DNA of 64,000 nt from Eledone cirrhosa. Lineage: Eukaryota. The notes under the pieces are model-generated. The model was given only the letters and a program-made list of their open reading frames with translations. It did not search any database and was not told where the DNA came from. Below are positions 56,471 to 64,000 of the stretch, one piece after another (the stretch's first letter is position 1; each line of letters starts with the position of its first letter). Both the position numbers and the translations under genes were made by a program. The DNA is taken from the NCBI GenBank assembly GCA_964016885.1, contig OZ024741.1, forward strand, positions 143,158,001 to 143,222,000. Reading direction: 5' to 3'.

Positions 56471-57483
56471 TACGAGAGTCAGCTGAAGAGGTTGTCCAAG
56501 ATACTCTCATGGAATGTGACGAAATGAGTTTTATTTTTCAACATAGTCTCCCTTGTGGTCCACACATTTCTTCCATTTCGTGTTGCAGTGCTTGGATCCC
56601 ATTGGTGAAGAAGCTTTCATCCTGTTGGTCATAAAAATCATCAACAGAAGATATATCATCATCACGGCGATACTGGGTCCCAGCCAAATGGCCTTCATGT
56701 TGGGGAAAGGATGATAGTCAGATGGAGCCAAATCAGGAGAATAAGGAGGGTGATCAACCAGTTCAAAGCCACAGTGATGCACAGCAGCTATTGAAACCAA
56801 GGACATATGCTGGAGCAGTGTCCTGATGAAACAAGACCCCTTTCGTCAGTTTTCCTGGGTGTTTGGTCTTGATAGCCTTTCATAACTGCCTCAGCAAGTT
56901 GGCATAGGACTCTCCATTGATGGTGTGGCCCTTTTGAAGATAGTCAATATACACAATGCCTTTTGTATTCTGAAAATCTGAGGCCATCATTTTCCCTACA
57001 GATGAAACTACCTTGGCCTTCTTTGGAGCAAATGAGGAAGGGTGTTTCCATTGTATGGATTGTCTCTTTGTCTCTGGCTCAAAGTGATGAACCCAACACT
57101 CATCCTGGGTCAGGAAACCAGTTGGATCTACCTCAAACAATGTCAGATTTTCCCATGATGTGATCAGGTGTCAGAAGATGTGGCATCCACCAAGCAGAAA
57201 CTTTTGTTATACCAAGTTCATGGTGCAAAATATTCTCAACTCTCACATGGGATATACTATAAGAACTTTTCCAGTAGGTACTTGATAACAATGCCAAATG
57301 TTGTCCATTTTCAAGAGAAGGTGCTACTAATTACTTTTGAAGTCTTCTTTGAAGTTATATGTCAGTTTACATGGGAAGAAACAATGCAGTTGTTAATAAG
57401 AAGAATTGGAATTAATGCAAGATTTCACTGCACTAGCATCATTCCTTCATAGTCAGCCTATGAACTTTTCAGTCCATCCTTGT
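56471..57483 (-). mobile_element. Mariner transposon relic
   Basis: TQDECWVH, FHQD, HPPYSPDLAPSDY; degenerate terminal inverted repeats (TACGAGAGTCAGCTGAAG / TACAAGGATGGACTGAAAAG). Confidence 0.85.
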
Positions 57484-57574
57484 ATACCTGTCATCTAGCT
57501 TCTCTTTTAATTACCGTGTACTGGTTTTTGCTATTTGTTCAGCCTTTCCACGCCTGTCTCTTGCCTTTAATAGT

Positions 57575-57810
57575 TCTGAGAACAGGAATGGGGCGATCAA
57601 AAGCTGCTATGGCCAGATGGGGCTACAAGACCGGCCCAACCATATGCGGAGAGGAGGACCATACGATGCAGCACTGCCTTGTTTGCCCTCTACTATCCAA
57701 CCAGTGCAGCTTAAAAGATCTCGCAGAATTTAATAATAATGCAAAAGACTGTGTAAAGAAATGGGAAACTGACATAACAACATGCTTCAAAGATACGAAA
57801 AGAAGAAGAA
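57575..57810 (+). mobile_element. 3' tip of an Ingi/I-group-like LINE
   Basis: LRTGMGR...W...ICGEEDHTMQHCLVCP zinc-knuckle-like end; short (AAG)n tail. Confidence 0.5.
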
Positions 57811-57839
57811 TAGTTCTATCCACTGTTCTGTTCCCCCAC

Positions 57840-58510
57840 CAGATCACCTTCTGGCTGATGCTTTACACCAGCTACAAGTCTCATCAGTAATTTGCAATAG
57901 GTTGTCACATAAGAATTTCCAATTGTTCTTTATGCCATATGTATCTAACATGTCTCCTCTCTCATCATATGCATCCCGTAGGGTTTTTCTAAACCTATAT
58001 TTAACAGAAAGGTCCTTTAGCTTCCAAACTCTCTGTCGCCATGTGGCACATTCTTCCCTGTAGATCTTAGCACTTATTACCATCTGTCTATCTCATCTTA
58101 CAAGTAAGAAGTCATCTGGCTTGTGTGTTTGCTTGATTGGTAGGTGATCAGATGGATTGCCAGTTTCCTGAAATTAGTATTGCAAATGGCTAGTTCATTT
58201 GCATCACAGAATTCCAGAAACCTCACTTGCTTTTCATTTCTTAAGCCATAACCATAACTGCTGTGAACTCTAGTGAATCCATCCTGGAACTGCCCAACAT
58301 GTCCATTGAAGTTGCCTGATGAGGTCTCTGTCATTAGTCTCTGAAGTTGTCTGTAAAAGTCCCTCATAGGACAGGTCATTTTGTTCTTTACTCAGTCCTG
58401 CCTATGGTGCATATGTAGATGTAATTATTACCATTCTATTATCACTATTCTAAGCTTGATGATTCTGTCATTTACTCTAACTACACCACCTTCCCCATCA
58501 TCATTTCCTA
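57840..58510 (-). mobile_element. Highly decayed RTE endonuclease region
   Basis: GNFNGHVG...LEFCDANELAICNTNFRK...HLITY. Confidence 0.75.
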
Positions 58511-58522
58511 CCCAGAAAAGTT

Positions 58523-58561
<39 letters not shown>

Positions 58562-58999
58562 TCATCATCATCATCGTTTAATGTCCATTTTCCACGCTAG
58601 CATGGGTGGTTAGACGGGTTGTCCCATTTGAGGCAAGTTGGGTCAGGTGACCGTGTCTTGCTAACACAGAACTATTTCTGGTTTGGTTTCTACACCAGGA
58701 TGCCCTTCCTAATGCCAACCACATTTACAATGTACTGGGTGCTTTTTATCGTGGCTCCTACACAGCCACTTTATAGTGTGGGCTGGGTGCTTTTTGTCAT
58801 GACATGTACACGGCCACTTTACAGTCTGGCCTGGGTACTTTTTGTCATGACACCTACACAACTACTTTACATATATATATATATATATATATATATAGTA
58901 ATAATAATAAATTTGTAGACTAAAATCCAAAGAAGGCTCGATAAGGATAAATATATATCAAATATATAAGAACCGTAGAGCAAATAATCTGTTATTTTA

Positions 59000-59031
<32 letters not shown>

Positions 59032-59034
<3 letters not shown>

Positions 59035-59455
59035 AAAGTTTTATATAAAATTGTTGGGTTACAACAAGTAAATATTTTATAACTGATATAAAGCACTCGA
59101 CAAGTTTTGGAGTATATATACGATATTAAACAAATGGAAACTATATTTATAAAACCATATTTATTTCATTATACATATTTCGGGGATACCATATTAAAAA
59201 TATGGCATGCCTTCTTCAGATAAAATACAATATATAAACAGTTTTATAAATAATTTTGACGTACCATAAATATTGACCATAACGGTTGGTCAATATTTAT
59301 GGTATGTCAAAATTATTTATAAAACTGTTTATATATTGTATTTTATCTGAAGAAGGCATGCCATATTTTTAATATGGTATCCCCGAAATATGTATAATGA
59401 AATAAATATGGTTTTATAAATATAGTTTCCATTTGTTTAATATCGTATATATATA
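59032..59455 (-). mobile_element. Hairpin element: ~167-bp arms (59113-59279 / 59287-59453), 7-nt loop, ~80-bp tail; probable PLE minimal unit
   Basis: Only one mismatch seen between the arms; hammerhead in each arm. Confidence 0.78.
59341..59402 (+). ncRNA. Minimal hammerhead ribozyme; mirror copy on minus strand at ~59164-59225
   Basis: TTTTAT-CTGAAGA-stem II (ATGCCATATT/AATATGGTAT)-GAAA-TATGT-ATA-ATGAAA. Confidence 0.65.
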
Positions 59456-60670
59456 TATATATATACAAAATATGTGGCATTATGAAGTATTGCAGAAGAC
59501 CTGCCCTCGCATGTGCACGGGATGAAGCAACATCTGGTGGTCTCTAGTGTGCACCACATCATCCTCCTTTCATACAATATTGCAGAAGACCCGCCATCTC
59601 ATGTGCATGGGGATGAAGCAGTGTCTAGTTGCTGGATGCCCTTCCTATCACCAACCATTTTACAGTGTGTACTGGGTGCATTTATCATGTAGATCAACTC
59701 AAGAGAGATTGTTACGTCGTGACACAGCTGATGGGTCCTCTCAACACTTTTTTTTAAGGCATAGTTTCTACAGCAGGGTGTCCTATTATCAACCACCTTA
59801 TAGGATGTACCATGTGCATTTTTGTGACACCCAACTCTAGAGAGGTTGTTGGTCCTTGTCCCAACGGAAGCATCCTCTTTGCTCGAGTGGATGGTGGTGG
59901 AGGGCATTCAAGGGACATAAGTTTATTGTGGCCAGTGTGATTTGGTTTGACAGGGTGATGAATATGGAAGAGGAAGGGGGTGGCTTTTGATAGCATAGTA
60001 GAGTGGGGATGCGGTTGTGAGAACACTTAAGTTGAGATCGTGGTGGAGGTGTGAAGAGCATGGATGGTTTGGCCAGTAGCGCAGGGTGGGGTGGATGGCA
60101 ATTACCAGTGCTGGGAAGGGAAAGTGTACTGATAGAGAGAATAGCTGAGGAGTGATAGTGGAGGGGGAATGAGTAGTGTGCATATGGGTGAAAACAGTAG
60201 CTACTAGGGTGCAGAATTGAGGGTATCTAGGGGCTTTGGAGGAGACAACAACTGAGTGATACTGGAGGGGAATGGCTGGATTGCCTGTGTATAGTGATGG
60301 TGGCAATAGCTGCTAGTGTATTCTAGTGGAATGGGAGAGGGAGGCCGTGATAAATCAGGTCACATTATATGCAGTTGGCCAGGTCTTTACCAGCACAGCA
60401 TAGCGCCAGCCTTTGTAATCTCTATTGTGAAGTTTAGTTTTTTTAAGGTCGTTTTTCACAACCTCCCTTTTTTACCTGGGTCTATCTCAATCATGGATCC
60501 CAGCCACTGGTTTCTTTGCATTAGATGTCCGTACCAATTCAGTCTTCTCTCTTGTACACTACATCCAATTCCTCTTATGCCAATTTTTTCTTTCAGTGCA
60601 TCCTCTCCCATTGTTAATTTGGTCACCTAGGAAGCAAAAGCTGCCAACAACTTCTGACACACATATATAC

Positions 60671-60717
<47 letters not shown>

Positions 60718-60746
60718 TACAGACATATTTAAATATATACATACAG

Positions 60747-61258
60747 TAGATTTATAGAAAAGCACCTACTGGCGTTTGTTAAGAACGTTTGTTCCGTTTA
60801 GGTTACTCCTGTGGTCCCTACATTCACATTTTCCGGGGGGGGGGGGGCATTTCGAACTGTCGGAAGTCAGACTAGTTGAAAACACTCGAAAAAAGCTTAG
60901 TAAAAAAATATTTCTTAGCTATCCCCAGCGGTTGCTTTTCTATGAATTTAAACAGCAGAGAGGTAGTTATCTGTAACTCTGTGGGTCTCCCTATTTCCTC
61001 CCCGTCGTTTTCGAAAAAAGGACTCGTTGGCGAGTGGGTCGGATCTATATCGGTTGAAAACAAACGAAAAAAAAAAAAAAACTAGAAAAGAACGAAATTT
61101 CCCACCAAAGAGAATTCTGAGGGCTGGGAAAACCCGAAGCCGCCACCCTTTTTTGGAAAAAAAAATCTATTGCGAGCATGCCAGAATCATATTATTTGAA
61201 AACACGAAAAGAAAAAAAGTTCTTAGCGAACCGCAGCGGGTGCTTTTCTATAAATTTA
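60747..61258. mobile_element. MITE-like element with ~40-bp imperfect terminal inverted repeats
   Basis: TAGATTTATAGAAAAGCACC...TAAGAAC vs GTTCTTAG...GGTGCTTTTCTATAAATTTA; an internal third copy lies at ~60912-60950. Confidence 0.5.
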
Positions 61259-62486
61259 CCATATATATATACACATACACACACACATTATATATATACA
61301 CACACAATACTGTCGAGAACTACACCATATTTCTCTGTGCAGTTGAATACGCCGATAGTTCCTTATTAAAAGCAAAAAACAAGTGAATTTACAAACAGTT
61401 ACTTTTATTTTTATAATTAAATAATTGTTTCTACTTTAGGCACAAGGCCAGCAAAAACCCAGTGCATTACTGGTACTTTATTTTATTTTTATAATTAAAT
61501 AATGAAAGCTATGCAAATATCTCGGCCTCCCCACTTAAAAAAAAACTGAGGTTTAATGAGTCGTAATGTGCATATTTAGTCTGCCATATCTAGTTATGTA
61601 GCGCTAAGGTCATTCAGTGTTTATATAAGATATTTCGTGGAACATAATGCTTGGGATGTTTTTTAATTACTTATTGGTGTATTAAAATTCAAAATTACGA
61701 TGAAGTGAAAATTTAAGGATTACTCTTATAAACATTGTTTTGCATGTGTCATTGTTACCCGTGTATATATTTAAGTACACGTCTCATCGGTGTAAATGTG
61801 TCTGTTCGTTTTTTTCAAATACGAAGCTGTTAAGTCATTTTTATTGATTGGAAAATGAACCTCCATAACCTCGCATTTATGCCCATTTTTATAACGATAA
61901 TGTAATGTTACAAACCCAATTGGGTTTTCTGAACAATAAACCCCTGAACTTTCTACGAGTTCATATCCCACCGAGTATAGATGGTGAGGTCAGCGGTGTC
62001 GTCGTGGTGGCCAATTTTATCGCTGAGGTCGATAAATCGAAAAAAGAAATCATCGCCGTGTGTATTTGCAGAATCGTTAGAACGTCGAACAAAATGCCTT
62101 AAAGTATTTGTTTCGGTTTGTTGCGTTCTGAGTACAAATCTCGTCGAAGTCGATTTTGTCTTTCATCCTACCGAGATCGATAAAATAAAGTACTAGTCAA
62201 GTACAAGAGTTCATTTAATCGACTAACTCCTTGGGCCTATATTAAAAATAATTATCAAGCTGAAGTTACAATATCGGTAGCTCATTTCCAACTGATTTCC
62301 TTGGAAAAAACCTGAATACCACATTTTATTTACCTTCCTCTATTGAGCTTAGTTGAGAACGAGGTTATTATGATTGTAAACAGTTATCTTGAATTAACAG
62401 TTCAAAAGTGGAAATGTTGCTGCGAGAAAAGGGAACAGGTTAACATTTCGGGACGACGATATCTATCGTTAGTTTTCCTCAGCAAA

Positions 62487-62862
62487 ATAATAATTATTTC
62501 TACTTTTGGCACAAGGCCAACAATTATCTCAGTGCATTACTGGTACTTTATTTTATCGACCCCGTAAGGATGAAAGGCCAATAATAATTGTTTCTACTTT
62601 TGACACAAGGCCAGCAATTATCTCAGTGCATTACTGGTACTTTATTTTATCGACCCCGTAAGGATGAAAGGCCAATAATAATTGTTTCTACTTTTGACAC
62701 AAGGCCAGCAATTATCTCAGTGCATTACTGGTACTTTATTTTGTCGACCCCGTAAGGATGAAATTCAAAGTTAACCTCGGCGGGATTTGAACTCAGAATG
62801 GCAAGGGCCGTAACTCTATGCGTCAAAGCATGGCGTCCGATCCTCTACCAATGCTGCCAATC
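62487..62862 (-). mobile_element. Second-family SINE with its 3' 94 bp triplicated
   Basis: Units start at 62487, 62581 and 62675. Confidence 0.85.
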
Positions 62863-64000
62863 ACCTGCAGGCATACCTATCTAAATATATATTTAATCTA
62901 GTAGACTCTCATGTCCTTTGAAAAAATAAACAGATGTTACTTCGTGGTACAGGCATACAGAATAGCGAATGTAACAAGAGATATGGATTGAAAGAACCAG
63001 GTCGCGGGGCTTTGTAAAAAATATTAAGTGTGATTGAATAAAGTAAATGAACTAAGCCAAGTTTGGTGTATTGTAAGAGTTGACTTGAGGGCTCGTGCTT
63101 CGGACTGGTGTGGTCTTGTATTAGCAAGAGAAATTATGCCCACGAGCAAAATATGAGTGGACACGCTATTTCAACTATCCTCGATTCTTCAGTGATTTTA
63201 TAAGGTTATTTTTTTTCAGCGGAAAATTCGTTTCCCTACCTTTTGTATTAATTCTCATATCACACTTACTGTCATATGCGTATTCATTTGATGGAAAAAA
63301 TAGCAGCTTAACAAGCTGTATTGCAGAATTGCATTATAACTGGTGAACATCACGCACAACCCGCATCATCTCATTTGACCCGCCGTACCACTCTCTCAGG
63401 ATGTAATGGCACTTTTGAGTCCTTGAGTTTGTGACCTTACTCTACAAGGTCGTTCGGCTTGCTAGAAACTACAGCCAACACATCATTCCTTACAAAAAAA
63501 GGACATATTGGCCAGTGTAGTCCTAGATACAGAAAAGACGGCGTGGTTGAGAAAACTTTCATCGGGGTTGAGAAAACTAAATGATTGCGAGTCTAAGTTG
63601 TCAAATGAACTGCTGGAAATAGCAGCTAAATCTGCTTCAAATCTTTTTAATAGAACGACATTAGATAATGTAGTTCTTGTCTTAGATATACACTATAATT
63701 GAAAACCGACGGTATCATCCGGTTCAGATAGTTTTGATCATAATAAGCCCGCTCGACAAGGAGATGAGTTTTGTTTGTTTATTCTTTTCTCTCTAGAACC
63801 TTCTTGGATGTTCTTTTTGTGAAATAAAGAGGTTATCATAGTGATTTCTTTTAGACACAAGGCTAGCAATCTGTTGGGGTTTTTTGGGGGGGGAGGGGGG
63901 GGGTCGATTACCCAAACTTTATCGCAAAGTTAACTTGATTTTGTTAACTGAATTTGACCATAAAGAATTGGAGCAAATACCGTAAAGCATTCTATCCGAC

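Noticed and set aside
62487-62770. CRISPR-like array
   Set aside because: Whole units repeat with no unique spacers; eukaryotic SINE sequence with no cas genes.

Overview
AT-rich animal genomic DNA. The repeat families resemble those I recall from octopus/cephalopods; that assignment is from memory, not a database search. The only host gene I can support is the first coding exon of a CDK12/CDK13-like kinase (54658->53631, minus strand), so bases 1-53630 are probably one intron of more than 53 kb. This region is a mosaic of (TA)n/(TACA)n microsatellites containing truncated retroelements: three RTE LINE subfamilies, two CR1-like LINEs, Penelope-like elements (PLEs), two tRNA-derived SINE families, a discrete ~610-bp retroposon and non-autonomous Helitrons. 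A mariner relic lies upstream of the exon. Most ORF-track entries (Y/I/H/T/C/M/V runs) are microsatellite artefacts. The main observations are: (1) a C4HC3 PHD finger inserted inside the RTE reverse transcriptase and kept in three subfamilies; (2) four unrelated minimal hammerhead-ribozyme families, one with a compensatory U3:A8 core; (3) a recurrent 'inverted arm + one-sided tail' hairpin architecture embedded in (TA)n; (4) a strong strand bias in microsatellite interruptions that follows CDK12 transcription. All coordinates and folds were read by eye and may be off by a few bases.
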